Positions 10,558 through 21,602 of a DNA stretch of 64,000 nt are shown piece by piece. Position 1 is the first letter of the stretch; every line of letters starts with the position of its first letter. Source of the DNA: an uncultured delta proteobacterium (GTDB lineage Bacteria; Myxococcota_A; Polyangia; Polyangiales; Polyangiaceae); assembly GCA_963850305.1 (NCBI GenBank), contig CAWKKR010000001.1:352001-416000 (forward strand). Reading direction: 5' to 3'. A program made the position numbers and the translations under genes. Under the pieces are notes generated by a model. The model had not been told where the DNA came from and made no database searches. It worked only from the letters and a program-made list of their open reading frames with translations.

Positions 10558-11315
10558 TTCTTCGTTCCGTTCGCGTCGGGGGCTGGCTTCTCGTTCACCT
10601 CCGTCGGCACGCTATCACCGGTACTACTCTTGTCGAAGTTCGCGCCGGATGGCGCCTTCTCCGCCTCTCGTTCTGGGGGCACGTAACCGCTGTCTTCCCC
10701 GCAGACATTCACCGTCGCACCCGGATCCGGCAGTCCGTCTCCGTCGACGTCGGAGTGAATTAGCGGGCATTCGGGTTGATCCGGCTTCGGGTACTCCCAC
10801 CACTGGTCAATCTGCGCGTCCCCGTCGGAATCTCGTTCGGTCCGCGCAAGCTTACCGTTCTGATAGAAGTGCCAGGTGTCGAGCTTGCCGGTGAGCGTGG
10901 TTGCGCGCATCTTCTCCACCAGCACGCCCTGCTTGTAGATCGCAATCTCGTCGACTCGGCCGTCACGGTCGTAGTCGCTTTCTCGACGTCGCACGTTGCC
11001 AGCGTCGTCGTAATAGATCCACTCATCCGGCACGCCATCGAAGTTGAGATCGACGGAGCGGCAAACCTCGCGGCCCCCCGACTTCACGATGACAATGTCG
11101 GGCCGTGAGTCGCCTCCAACGTTGAGTTTTTCCGTGTCGGCTCCTCCGACGGGACAATCCTCATGCACGATGCGGATATCGCGCCGCGTTACCTGCCCTG
11201 GCTGCGAAGGGTGGTTGGGGTCCTGAGTCGGTGTAGCGGCACATCCAGACAGCCCTGCGCCCAGTGCGACCGCAAAGGTAAAGTGATGGAAAGGATTTGC
11301 AATTCTGGACGTCAT
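10554..11315 (-). CDS. Lipoprotein with DxN/DxDGxxD repeats (paralog-like)
   Basis: GLSGC lipobox; DLNFDGVPD, DYDRDGRVD, DSDGDAQID, DVDGDGLPD; ATGA overlap with downstream gene. Confidence 0.8.
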   Translation of the reverse strand: MTSRIANPFHHFTFAVALGAGLSGCAATPTQDPNHPSQPGQVTRRDIRIVHEDCPVGGADTEKLNVGGDSRPDIVIVKSGGREVCRSVDLNFDGVPDEWIYYDDAGNVRRRESDYDRDGRVDEIAIYKQGVLVEKMRATTLTGKLDTWHFYQNGKLARTERDSDGDAQIDQWWEYPKPDQPECPLIHSDVDGDGLPDPGATVNVCGEDSGYVPPEREAEKAPSGANFDKSSTGDSVPTEVNEKPAPDANGTKK

Positions 11316-11513
11316 GTTAGGTGCAAACTCGCGTATCCAAGTCGGAACCCTACCCAGTCGGGTCGCGCCCGGCCCTGTCGGCGCCCCCGAGGACGGGGCA
11401 CTGGATCCTAGGCGGACAGTCGCCCGCTGGCAAGCCGTCCCACATCACCGCCCAGCCCCAAAAGGACACCGTGCGGGCGGAGTTCGCGCTCGGCGCGATA
11501 CGAGCAAATAATC

Positions 11514-11532
11514 GATAATACTAGATATTATT
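11514..11532. promoter_or_regulatory. AT-rich inverted repeat, candidate operator
   Basis: ATAATA-CTAGA-TATTAT at 11515-11531 in a divergent intergenic region. Confidence 0.5.
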
Positions 11533-11555
11533 ATGCGTTCGTCCCCGGCGCTGAT

Positions 11556-11584
11556 TTGACAACACACGTATGGGAATCTAATGT
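11556..11584 (+). promoter_or_regulatory. Sigma70-type promoter for RHH gene
   Basis: TTGACA (11556-61), 17 bp, TAATGT (11579-84). Confidence 0.65.
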
Positions 11585-11630
11585 AACGAGGGGCAAGTCG
11601 CCCCCGGTTCTGCCCGCTCCGAGCGCCCCG

Positions 11631-11831
11631 ATGTCCCGCAAGAAAATCTCGACGACTGTTTACATCACGCCGGAGCAGAACGATCGGCTCCACTTGCTGC
11701 ACGACCGTACCAAGGTGCCCGTGGCCGTGTACATCCGTGAAGGCATCGACCTAGTGCTGAAGCGCTACGAACATGAGCTGCCAGGGCAGATGACGCTCGA
11801 CGCTACGCCTCGAACGAGCGCTCGAAAGTAA
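11631..11831 (+). CDS. Ribbon-helix-helix DNA-binding protein
   Basis: KKISTTVYI beta-ribbon followed by two helices (VAVYIREGIDLVL). Confidence 0.8.
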   Translation: MSRKKISTTVYITPEQNDRLHLLHDRTKVPVAVYIREGIDLVLKRYEHELPGQMTLDATPRTSARK

Positions 11832-11908
11832 CGACTGCTCCCAATGTGAGGCGCCGAGCGGGCTAGCTCGCCTGTGGTATGCCGTGCCCGGCCTTCTGAA
11901 CCTCGACC

Positions 11909-13711
11909 ATGCCGACCGATCCCGCGATCATCCGAAACTTCTCGATCATCGCGCATATCGATCACGGAAAAAGCACGCTCGCTGACCGGATTCTCGAGGT
12001 TACCGGAGCCCTCAGCGCGCGCGAACGCGTGAACCAGTTCCTCGACAAGATGGACCTCGAGCGCGAGCGCGGGATTACCATCAAGGCGCAGAGTGTTCGC
12101 CTCAAGTATCGAGCCAGAGACGGCAAGGAGTACCAGCTCCAGCTCATCGACACTCCTGGACACGTCGACTTCAGCTACGAGGTGAGCCGCAGCCTCGCGG
12201 CGTGCGAAGGGGCGTTACTCGTCGTCGACGCGACGCAGGGCGTGCAGGCCCAGACCGTCGCGAATGTGTACCTGGCGCTCGAAAACGATCTCGAGGTGAT
12301 CCCCGTTTTGAACAAGGTCGATTTGCCTTCCGCGGACGTGGACCGAACGGTGCAGATGATCGAAGAGGTCATCGGGCTCGACTGCAGTGGCGCACAGCTC
12401 GTCAGTGCAAAGACGGGGCTCGGTGTACTGGACTTACTGGAAGCAGTCGTCGCTCGTATCCCGCCGCCGACGGGTGCGGCCGACGCATCCCTCCGCGCCC
12501 TGATCTTCGATAGCTGGTACGACAGCTACCGCGGGGCCGTCGTCATGCTGCGGGTCATGGATGGGACGCTCAGGAAGGGCGACAAGATCCGATTGATGGC
12601 GACGGGGCGAAGCTACGAAGTCGTGGAACTCGGGTGCTTCAACCCGCACGCTTCCTCCCTGACCGAGCTCGGGCCAGGTGAGGTGGGCTGGATCGCCGCC
12701 AACATCAAGAGCGTCAGCGACACCAAGATCGGCGACACGGTGACTACCGCCGCCCGAGGCGCCACCGATGCGCTATCCGGCTTCAAGGAAGTGAAGCCAA
12801 TGGTCTTCGCCGGCGTTTTCCCGACCGACTCCGCGGCATACGAGGACCTCCGCGACGCGCTAGCCAAGCTCCACATGAACGACGGCTCGTTCCAGTTCGA
12901 GCCCGATACTTCCGAGGCGTTGGGATTTGGTTTTCGGTGCGGATTTCTAGGGCTCCTTCACATGGAAATCATCCAGGAGCGGCTCGAGCGAGAATACGAT
13001 CTCGACCTCATCACAACGGCTCCGAGCGTCGTCTACCACGCGTACAAGCGGGACGGCGAGATGGTCACGGTCGAAAATCCGTCGAAGATGCCGGACGCAG
13101 GAGATATCGATCGAATCGAGGAACCGATCGTGAAGCTCACGATTCACGTCCCGGCGGAGTTCGTCGGTGCCGTGGTTCCCCTCTGCGAGGAACGTCGCGG
13201 CATCCAGCAAGGAATCCAGTACGCGACGCCGACGCACGTCGTCATCACCTACGAACTGCCGCTCGCGGAAGTCATCCTCGACTTTCACGACAAGTTGAAG
13301 AGCGTGTCCCGCGGTTATGCGAGCATGGACTACGAACTCGTGGGATACCGAGCCGAAAATCTCGTCAAGCTCGACATGCTCGTCAACGGTGAGGCGCTGG
13401 ACGCGCTCAGCGTCATCGTGCACCGGGACACCTCTCATTACCGGGGGCGCGCACTTGCGGCCAAGTTGAAAGAGCTGGTCCCGCGACAGCAATACGAGGT
13501 CGCGATTCAGGCGGCCATAGGCTCGCGGATCATCAGCCGCGAGACCGTGCGCGCCATGCGTAAGGATGTCACCGCCAAGTGTTATGGCGGCGACATCACG
13601 CGGAAGCGGAAGCTTCTCGAGAAGCAAAAAGAGGGAAAGAAGAGGATGAAGCAGGTGGGCAGAGTCGACGTTCCGCAGGAAGCATTTCTCGCCGTGCTAA
13701 AGCTCGAGTGA
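11909..13711 (+). CDS. lepA: Elongation factor 4 (LepA)
   Basis: [44 protein letters not shown]. Confidence 0.98.
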   Translation: MPTDPAIIRNFSIIAHIDHGKSTLADRILEVTGALSARERVNQFLDKMDLERERGITIKAQSVRLKYRARDGKEYQLQLIDTPGHVDFSYEVSRSLAACEGALLVVDATQGVQAQTVANVYLALENDLEVIPVLNKVDLPSADVDRTVQMIEEVIGLDCSGAQLVSAKTGLGVLDLLEAVVARIPPPTGAADASLRALIFDSWYDSYRGAVVMLRVMDGTLRKGDKIRLMATGRSYEVVELGCFNPHASSLTELGPGEVGWIAANIKSVSDTKIGDTVTTAARGATDALSGFKEVKPMVFAGVFPTDSAAYEDLRDALAKLHMNDGSFQFEPDTSEALGFGFRCGFLGLLHMEIIQERLEREYDLDLITTAPSVVYHAYKRDGEMVTVENPSKMPDAGDIDRIEEPIVKLTIHVPAEFVGAVVPLCEERRGIQQGIQYATPTHVVITYELPLAEVILDFHDKLKSVSRGYASMDYELVGYRAENLVKLDMLVNGEALDALSVIVHRDTSHYRGRALAAKLKELVPRQQYEVAIQAAIGSRIISRETVRAMRKDVTAKCYGGDITRKRKLLEKQKEGKKRMKQVGRVDVPQEAFLAVLKLE

Positions 13712-13716
13712 CTGGG

Positions 13717-15097
13717 ATGACGCCCCGACCTTCCCCACGTGCTGTTCAGCGCGCTCGCTTCCTCGCTGGCGCCTCCGCGAGATCGAAACTCGGAAATGTC
13801 GTGCACGAACGTACGGCACCATTCGGGCCTGCTCTCACCATCGAGTGCTTCCGGCTCGCCAACGGTCTCCGCGTCCTGGTCTGCGAGGACCATTCCGCAC
13901 CGGTGGTCGCGTATCACACGTGGTACCGCGTCGGATCGCGGCACGAGCGTGTCGGAAAAACCGGACTCGCCCATCTGTTCGAACACCTCATGTTCAACGA
14001 GACCGAGAACCTTCCAGCTGGCGAGTTCGACCGAAAACTCGAGGAAGCCGGCGCGGAGAGCAACGCGGCCACATGGCTGGACTGGACCCAGTACAGCATC
14101 GCGGTCCCCCGGGATCGGATTCCGGCTCGTCGCACGCCTCGAAGCGGAGCGTATGCGAAAGCTGGTTCTCCGCGATCCACAGGTGACGAGCGAGAAGGAG
14201 GTCGTCGCGAACGAGCGCCGGTATCGGGTCGATGACGACGTCGAAGGCGCCGTGAACGAACTCCTCTGGGCAACTGCATTTCACGACCACGCTTACCGGT
14301 GGCCGACGATTGGATGGATGCCGGACATCGAAGCCTTCACGACCGAGGATTGCCGCGCCTTTTACGACGCATTCTACGCACCGAACAATGCAACCATCGT
14401 GGTGGTTGGAGATATCTCGGAGCGACACGCAGTCGAGTTGATCGTCAAGGAGTACGGAGGCATTCCCGCCTCAACGCTGCCTCTCGAAGATTCGAGACCG
14501 GAGCTGCCGCAAACCGAAGAGTGCCGCGTCGAGGTATCGAAGCCCACGGCAACCGAGAAGCTCGTCATTGGGTACCACTCCCCCGCTATCGGAGACTTCG
14601 ATCATCCGGCGCTATCGCTCCTCTCCGAGGTGCTCTTCGGGGGGCGCGCCTCCCGCGTCTATCGGCGTCTCGTGCGTCAGCTCGAGCTTGCCGTCGACGT
14701 CCATGGTTCCGTCGGTCCGTTTCGCGATCCTGGATTATTCGAGGTCTTGGCCTCCGCGCGAGAGGGACGTACGGCGGTCGAAATGCTCGCGATCCTGGAC
14801 GATGAATTGGACAAGGTCCGCGACGAACCCGTTACCGACGAAGAACTCGCTCGTGCCAAAGCCAGGCTCGAGCTCTCGCTCGTTGGCGGCCTCGACACCG
14901 TCGACGGGAAGGCATCGACAATCGGGTTTTACGAGACGGTCCTCGGGCGCCCGGCCGGGGCGTTCGAGCGACTCGAAGCATCGCTGGCTCTTACGGCGAG
15001 CGACCTGCGCCGCGTCGCCCGGCGTTACCTCCGACGCGAATCGCGCTCGGTAATCCTCGTTCATCCGCAGGCCAGTGCAAAGAAAGCTACGGTATGA
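13717..15097 (+). CDS. M16B zinc peptidase, catalytic subunit (apparent +1 frameshift ~14119)
   Basis: GLAHLFEHLMF; continues as LEAERM...EKEVVANERR in next frame. Confidence 0.85.
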
Positions 15098-16380
15098 GCC
15101 CGGCGCCCAAGGTTCTGGTGGAGACCAGCCAGGCCCTGCCGATCGTCTCGATGACGATCTCAACGCGAACGGGCTCGACCGCTGACCCGGTCGCCCTCGA
15201 GGGGCTCTCGCGCATCACGCAACGGCTCGTCCGGCGGACTGGCGCTGGGCTGACCACGGAAGCCCTGGATGAACGCATCGACACACTCGGGGCGTCGGTC
15301 TCGGTCGAGTGTGGACACAGCTCGGCGAGCGTGCACGGAGCCGTGATCGGGCGCTCCCTCGACGCCTATGCAGACCTGCTCGTCGATATCCTCGCGAAGC
15401 CGAGCCTGGCGACCGACGAACTGGGTAAGCTGAAGCGCGAGACGCTCGCCGAGCTCATCGAAGCGCGCGACCATGACCGTGAGCTCTCGTCGCGGTGGTT
15501 TCGACAGAAGCTCTACGACGGTCATCCTTACGGCCGCCCCACCGCCGGTACCCCGACGAGCGTCGAAAAAATCACCGGTGCAGACGTCGCGGCGACGTAT
15601 GGTCGGGCCTTCTCGCCAAAGAACCTCGTGTTTGCCTTCGCGGGGGCCATCGACGAGCAGACTGCTCACGCGATCGCGGCGCGCATGGTGGACGTCCTTC
15701 CGCGGAACGAACCGCCCAGCGATGTCGTCGCCGAGCCCAGCCAGCCTCCCGGGCGTCACATGGTGTTCGTCGACAAGCCAGAGCGCACGCAAACGCAGAT
15801 CATGATTGGTTGCCTGGGAACGCATGCACACGACCCCGACCACGTCGCACTTCACGTGGGGAACACGATCTTCGGCGGCACGTTCACGGCTCGCCTGATG
15901 AAGGAGGTCCGCTCGAAGCGCGGGTGGTCCTATGGGGCGTATTCCAACTTGCCCTACGACCGGAAGCGACGCGGCTTCAGCTTGTGGACCTTTCCGAAAG
16001 CCTCGGATGCCGCCGCTTGCGTTGCGCTCGAGCTCTCGTTGCTCACCAAGTGGTGGGAAGGTGGCGTAACTCCGAGGGAACTGGCGTGGGCTCAGCGGTA
16101 TCTCGTGCGCTCCCACGCGTTCGCCATCGACACCGCGTCGAAGCGAGTCGGGCAACTGCTCGACGAGGAGATCTACGACTTGCCGACGCGATACCACGCC
16201 GACTACCTCGAACATGTTCGCGCGGTCACGCTCGAGGACGTCAACGCGGCGATCCGAAAGCGCATCACGCCCGAGAACCTGATCTTCTCCGTCGTGGGGA
16301 CCGCGAGCGAAATCAAAGGCGCCATCGAGAACGCGATTCCCGATTTGAACTCGACGGACGTCGTCCCGTTCGACGCTTAG
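15094..16380 (+). CDS. M16B peptidase, non-catalytic partner subunit
   Basis: No HxxEH; HPYGRP, FGGTFTARLMKEVRSKRGWSYG; ATGA overlap. Confidence 0.88.
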   Translation: MSPAPKVLVETSQALPIVSMTISTRTGSTADPVALEGLSRITQRLVRRTGAGLTTEALDERIDTLGASVSVECGHSSASVHGAVIGRSLDAYADLLVDILAKPSLATDELGKLKRETLAELIEARDHDRELSSRWFRQKLYDGHPYGRPTAGTPTSVEKITGADVAATYGRAFSPKNLVFAFAGAIDEQTAHAIAARMVDVLPRNEPPSDVVAEPSQPPGRHMVFVDKPERTQTQIMIGCLGTHAHDPDHVALHVGNTIFGGTFTARLMKEVRSKRGWSYGAYSNLPYDRKRRGFSLWTFPKASDAAACVALELSLLTKWWEGGVTPRELAWAQRYLVRSHAFAIDTASKRVGQLLDEEIYDLPTRYHADYLEHVRAVTLEDVNAAIRKRITPENLIFSVVGTASEIKGAIENAIPDLNSTDVVPFDA

Positions 16381-16387
16381 CGTCCCG

Positions 16388-18112
16388 TCAGAACCCCAGG
16401 TACGCCGCTAGCTCCGCTGCCAGGGCAGCCGCGTCCCGGCGCAGAGCCGATTCCGACGCTTCGAAATCCCCCGTCGCGGGGGCGTCGCCGCGCAGATCGA
16501 CATAGATCTTCAGCTTTGGTTCCGTTCCGCTCGGACGAAGTAATGCCCTGCCGGATCGACCGAGATCGAGGACCACCAGCGGCGACGTGCCGAGCCAGAG
16601 TGGACGCTTCTCTGCACCCTTCCGGTAATCGACGACTGCAGTGACGGCGATGTCGCCGAGTGTCGCGGGCGGGGATGCGCCGAGGCGATCGACGGCCGCG
16701 GAGATCTCGCTCAGCCCATCGACGCCGGGTCGGACGATGCTCTGCTGAGCGCTGACCCAGAGGCCGTACCGGACGTAAAGCTCGCGCAGCTTCTCGAGCA
16801 CACTCACCTTGCTCGCGCGACAGCGCGCCGCGAATTCCGCAAAGAGTACGGCAGTGCCGATGCCGTCTTTATCGCGTACCACATGCCCCGCAGAGAAGCC
16901 GATCGCCTCCTCGAAACCGAATTGGTAGCGAACGTGCTCGTTCTTCTCGAGAACGAGAGCGGCCGACCAGATCCATTTGAACCCCGTCAGTGTGACCTCA
17001 CACCGCGCCCCGTGATGGGCCGCGACTTCGGCGAGCATGGGTGTCGAGACGATGCTCGACAGCACGAGCGGCGTCGGAGTCGAGGGCGCTCGCGACAGGA
17101 TGAAATCTGCCAGAAGGACGCCGATCTGATTTCCCGTGAGCAGAACGAAGCGGCCCGCGGGCGACGGCACCGAAACGGCCAGGCGATCAGCGTCTGGATC
17201 GTTCGCCAGGATGAGGTCGGCACGGCACTCGGTTGCGAGTCGGACCGCGAGATCGAGGGCGCCCTTCTCCTCTGGGTTCGGAAACCGCACCGTCGGAAAG
17301 TCGCCATCGGGCGCGGCTTGTTCCGGGACGACCGTCACGTTGCTGAAGCCGGCTATCGCGAGCGCCTTCGTCGCGAGCGCGCCGCCAACCCCATGCATCG
17401 GCGTGTAGACGATGCCGAACGACCGATCGGCGTCGCCCCGAGGACGAAGCGCATCGATGTCCGCGAGGTATCGGTCGGCGATGGATTCGGGAACGGGCGT
17501 CGAAAACGGCATCCGTCCGAAAGGTTCCGACACTCGCGGAATCGCGTTCGCCGGACCGATCGTCTCGAGACGCCGCTCGATGTCCGCATCCATCGGCGGA
17601 ATGACCTGCACACCGTTCTTCGCGTAGAGCTTGTATCCGTTGTATTCGCCCGGGTTGTGACTGGCAGTTACGACGATCCCGGCCGTTGCCGCGAGCTGAC
17701 GGATCGCGTACGCGACGAGCGGCGTCGGCTCCGGTTCTCGGAAGTAGCGCACCGGGACTCTCGCCGCGGCAAGGACCTGCATCGCGGCCTCGGCGAGCGC
17801 TACGCTCGAGTGCCGCGCGTCGAACCCGATTACGACGGGGAGGGTGCGCGCCTCGGGTTCGTGCGCGAGCAAGTACTCGACGAGCGCGCGAGTCGTCCGG
17901 ATGACGACAGCGCGGTTCATCCGCGCTGGACCCGCGCCGACGAGGCCCCGGAGCCCGGCCGTACCGAACGTGAGCGGTTTCGACAATCGCTCCCTGAGCT
18001 CGTTCATTTCCTCGTGTTCGATCAGCGCACGAAGCTCCTCCGCCGTCTCGGGGTCGGGGTCCGCTGCGCTCCAGGCGAGCGCGCTGGCAATCAACGACTC
18101 ATCGGTGTCCAT
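16388..18112 (-). CDS. Phosphoglucomutase/phosphomannomutase
   Basis: FGTAGLRG, TASHNP, DPDADR, RPSGTEPKLK. Confidence 0.93.
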   Translation of the reverse strand: MDTDESLIASALAWSAADPDPETAEELRALIEHEEMNELRERLSKPLTFGTAGLRGLVGAGPARMNRAVVIRTTRALVEYLLAHEPEARTLPVVIGFDARHSSVALAEAAMQVLAAARVPVRYFREPEPTPLVAYAIRQLAATAGIVVTASHNPGEYNGYKLYAKNGVQVIPPMDADIERRLETIGPANAIPRVSEPFGRMPFSTPVPESIADRYLADIDALRPRGDADRSFGIVYTPMHGVGGALATKALAIAGFSNVTVVPEQAAPDGDFPTVRFPNPEEKGALDLAVRLATECRADLILANDPDADRLAVSVPSPAGRFVLLTGNQIGVLLADFILSRAPSTPTPLVLSSIVSTPMLAEVAAHHGARCEVTLTGFKWIWSAALVLEKNEHVRYQFGFEEAIGFSAGHVVRDKDGIGTAVLFAEFAARCRASKVSVLEKLRELYVRYGLWVSAQQSIVRPGVDGLSEISAAVDRLGASPPATLGDIAVTAVVDYRKGAEKRPLWLGTSPLVVLDLGRSGRALLRPSGTEPKLKIYVDLRGDAPATGDFEASESALRRDAAALAAELAAYLGF

Positions 18113-19503
18113 TACTCACCTTTCGCGACGGACTGTGCGAGCGAGGTATCGTAATCGCCACTCGAAAACCGAAAATCTTCGAGCACCCGACGCAAGAAGT
18201 CGAGGTTCGTAGCTCGCGGGCCCTTCGGCCCCACTAGCCCGAGATCCGTCGCGGCGAGCGCCCCATTGAGTCGTGCCGTGGCTTCGAGGCGGTCGGCACC
18301 GTGCGCGATGACCTTGGCCATCATCGGATCGTAAAATGCGGTCACTTCACCCCCCTCCTCGAACCCCGCGTCCACGCGGATACCCTCGTGAGCGACCGGC
18401 CAGGCGAGCCGCTCGATGCGTCCAGGCTGCGGCACGAAACCCCTGTCCGGGTCCTCGGCGTAGATACGCGCTTCGATCGCATGACCTTGCGTCCTGGAAT
18501 GGCGCGCGGCTTCGGGCAGCGGCTCTCCGGCCGCGATGCGGAGCTGCAGCTCCACGAGATCGAGGCCGGTGACCATTTCCGTCACGGGATGCTCGACCTG
18601 GAGCCGAGCGTTGACTTCCAAAAAGTAGAGCTGACCCGATGAGCTGGCAACGAATTCCACCGTTCCAGCACCCTCGTAATCCGCGGCTTCCACGATGCGG
18701 AGGGCGTCGGCGAAGAGCTTCTGCCGGCGACCTTCGCCGTCCGGCCCGCGGAAGAACGCGGCAGGTGATGGACTCTCTTCGATGATCTTCTGATGCCGCC
18801 GCTGGACGCTGCATTCGCGCTCGGGGAGCGCAACGGCGTTGCCAAGTCGATCGCGAAACACCTGTACCTCTATATGACGAGGGTGCTCCAGATACTTTTC
18901 AACGTAGATCCTTGCATCGGCGAACGCTGCGCGTCCGCGATCCGCGCACGCTCGAGCTGCGCGAGACAGCTCCGCATCAGCTCGCACGATTTGCATGCCG
19001 ATCCCGCCACCACCCCCGGCCGCCTTGACGAGCACGGGGAATCCGATTTCCGTCGCGATACGCAAGAGACCGACCTCGTCGGCGGGATCGATCGCGCCGT
19101 GGCTTCCCTTCGGCGGCTCGACCCCTACCGAGCGAGCAAGAGAGCGCGCGCGGAGCTTATCTCCGAATGTGTCCAGCGCGGCTGGGCGTGGACCGATAAA
19201 CGTCGCGCCCGCTGCCTCGACGCGTCGTGCGAATTCTGCATTCTCGCTGAGAAGTCCGTAACCCGGATGCACCGCCTGAGCGTGCGTCGTTCGAATGGCG
19301 GACACGATCGCGTCCATCGACAAGTAGCTGTCCTGAACCTTCGGCGGACCGATGCGCACCGCTTCGTCGGCGAGACGGACGTGGGGCGACGACGCATCCG
19401 CGTCCGAATAGACGGCCACCGTTTCGACACCGAGTCGGCGACAGGTGCGGATCACCCGCACCGCGATCTCCCCCCTATTCGCTATGAGGATTCGGTGAAA
19501 CAT
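18112..19503 (-). CDS. Biotin carboxylase subunit of an acyl-CoA carboxylase
   Basis: ANRGEIA, HPGYGLLSEN, ECSVQRRHQK, RLQVEHPVTE; no BCCP domain. Confidence 0.93.
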   Translation of the reverse strand: MFHRILIANRGEIAVRVIRTCRRLGVETVAVYSDADASSPHVRLADEAVRIGPPKVQDSYLSMDAIVSAIRTTHAQAVHPGYGLLSENAEFARRVEAAGATFIGPRPAALDTFGDKLRARSLARSVGVEPPKGSHGAIDPADEVGLLRIATEIGFPVLVKAAGGGGGIGMQIVRADAELSRAARACADRGRAAFADARIYVEKYLEHPRHIEVQVFRDRLGNAVALPERECSVQRRHQKIIEESPSPAAFFRGPDGEGRRQKLFADALRIVEAADYEGAGTVEFVASSSGQLYFLEVNARLQVEHPVTEMVTGLDLVELQLRIAAGEPLPEAARHSRTQGHAIEARIYAEDPDRGFVPQPGRIERLAWPVAHEGIRVDAGFEEGGEVTAFYDPMMAKVIAHGADRLEATARLNGALAATDLGLVGPKGPRATNLDFLRRVLEDFRFSSGDYDTSLAQSVAKGE

Positions 19504-20608
19504 CCGCCCTCACTTTCCGCTCGAGACGCTCGCGAAGAACGAGTTGCCCGCACGCGGCGTTCACGTCGTCGCCCCTTTGCTTGCGAACGAACGCACTGAA
19601 TCCGCCGTTCGCGAGAACCTGCCGAAAGGCTTCCACTCTCGACGGTGCGGGCGCCGACATTTCCGAGGCCGAAATCGAGTTCATGGGAATGAGGTTCACC
19701 TTGACGCGCAGGTCCCCCAGCACTCGTCCTAGCTCGCGCGCGTGGGCAACATCGTCGTTGATTCCGGCGATGAGGGTGTATTCGATCGTGATCCGGCGAC
19801 GTTTCGGCAGCGGATACGCCCGTAACGCGGCGAGGACGTCGGCCATCGGATAACGTTTGTTCATGGGCAGAATGCGTCCGCGAATGGCGTCGTTCGGCGC
19901 GTGGAGCGAAAGAGCGAGCCCGATCTTTCCACCGAAATCTTCGCCGAGGCGACGGATGCCCGGGACGAGCCCGACGGTGCTCACGGTGATGCGACGAGGG
20001 CCGATGGACAGGCCGTCGGGATGCGTGATCAGGCGGATCGCGCGGGCGGTTTCTTCGTAGTGGTGGAGGGGTTCGCCCATCCCCATGAACACGAGATTGC
20101 GCAGGCGCTCACCTTTTTCCAGGTGCTGTCGCGCCAGGAGTACCTGTGCAACGATCTCTTCCGCGCCTAGTCCTCGCTCCAGTCCCGCCTGTCCGCTGGC
20201 GCAGAAAACACAACCCATCGCACAGCCGATCTGCGTCGAGATGCACAGCGTGACACGCCCGTCCCAGCCGCCGCTGTCGTCTTCGGGATCATCGTCTGGG
20301 TCGTCGAACATCGGAATGAGGACCGACTCGATGCGGCCCCCCTTGACCAGAGCCGACACGAGCTTTCGGGTCCCATCGGCGGCCCGGTGCACTTCGGTCG
20401 CGGCGAGAGGCAGAGCGAACGCGGTCTCGGCGAGACGTTCGCGGAATGAACGCGGAAGATCCGTCATCAGCTCGGGAGAAACGACGCCGCGCGCATGGAT
20501 CCAGCGAAAAACCTGCGTCCCGCGGTACGCGCGCTCGCCCAACTCTCCGACCACGGCCTGCCACTCCTCGGGCAGACGCGCGACCGGATGCAGCGCACCG
20601 GCCGTCAT
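19475..20608 (-). CDS. rlmN: Dual-specificity RNA methyltransferase RlmN
   Basis: CAMGCVFC, FMGMGEP, AACGQL; stop would be at ~19510 if one A is an insertion. Confidence 0.93.
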   Translation of the reverse strand: MTAGALHPVARLPEEWQAVVGELGERAYRGTQVFRWIHARGVVSPELMTDLPRSFRERLAETAFALPLAATEVHRAADGTRKLVSALVKGGRIESVLIPMFDDPDDDPEDDSGGWDGRVTLCISTQIGCAMGCVFCASGQAGLERGLGAEEIVAQVLLARQHLEKGERLRNLVFMGMGEPLHHYEETARAIRLITHPDGLSIGPRRITVSTVGLVPGIRRLGEDFGGKIGLALSLHAPNDAIRGRILPMNKRYPMADVLAALRAYPLPKRRRITIEYTLIAGINDDVAHARELGRVLGDLRVKVNLIPMNSISASEMSAPAPSRVEAFRQVLANGGFSAFVRKQRGDDVNAACGQLVLRERLERKVRADVSPNPHSE

Positions 20609-21450
20609 GTTTCGCGCTCCTTGGCTTCCGACCAGTAGCCATCGAGCTCGGCGAGGGGGATGCCCCGGGTGGGCTTGCCTCGCGTGTCGCGAGGCCAGTC
20701 CCCATGTTGCTCTTTGACGCGCCTCTCGACATGATCGAACCGGCTTCGGAATCGTTCCGTCGTGCTGCGGAGGGCATCCTCCGCCGAGACGCCGATGTGC
20801 CGTCCCAGGTTCACGAGGGCGAAGAGCAAATCACCGAGCTCCTCTTCTGCACGCTTCGTGTCGCCGCTCTTCATCGCGACGTCGAACTCCGCGAGTTCCT
20901 CCGAAACCTTTTCGCGCGACCCTCGCGAATCCGGCCAATCGAATCCAACTCGACCGACCTTTTCGCTCAGGTTCGCGGCCCGCAGCAACGCCGGTAAGGA
21001 TCTCGGAACGCCGCCGAGAAGTGGTCTGCCCTCCTTCTCGCGACGCTTGATCGCGTCCCAGTTGTCCACGACCTCGTCGGCGCCGCTCACCGTCACGTCG
21101 CCGAAGACGTGTGGATGACGGCGAACGAGCTTTTCACAGATGGCTCGAGCAACGTCATCAGGGCCGAAGGCGGCCTCACGTCGAGCGAGCTCGGCCAGAA
21201 ACACGACCTGTAACGACAGATCCCCGAGCTCGTCCACCAGGTCGGCGGGACGCCCTCCCTCGATGGCATCGATGACTTCGCATGCCTCCTCGAGCACGTA
21301 GGTCCGCAGCGACAGTGGCGTCTGTTCGCGGTCCCACGGACAACCGTCAGGTGCCAGCAAACGTCGCATGAGCTCGACAAGCGACGTGAACGTCTCCCCG
21401 CGCTGGTCTTCCAAGGGAACAGGGGCGGGCATCGCGAAGGGACGAGGCAT
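20605..21450 (-). CDS. mazG: Nucleoside triphosphate pyrophosphohydrolase MazG
   Basis: GCPWDREQT, ELGDL twice, KLVRRHPHVF, VGFDW. Confidence 0.93.
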   Translation of the reverse strand: MPRPFAMPAPVPLEDQRGETFTSLVELMRRLLAPDGCPWDREQTPLSLRTYVLEEACEVIDAIEGGRPADLVDELGDLSLQVVFLAELARREAAFGPDDVARAICEKLVRRHPHVFGDVTVSGADEVVDNWDAIKRREKEGRPLLGGVPRSLPALLRAANLSEKVGRVGFDWPDSRGSREKVSEELAEFDVAMKSGDTKRAEEELGDLLFALVNLGRHIGVSAEDALRSTTERFRSRFDHVERRVKEQHGDWPRDTRGKPTRGIPLAELDGYWSEAKERET

Positions 21451-21602
21451 TTTCCTGGGGCGCAGTCTCTGTTGCGCGTCGGGACGGTAGCACGCAGGAC
21501 AGGCGTACGGCATCCAGGCGCGCCGCCGGAAATGGCTCGGTCTCGCGCGGAGTCGACGATTTTCCACGACCCCGCTTCCCGAATTCGGCGAAACTGGCCC
21601 GC

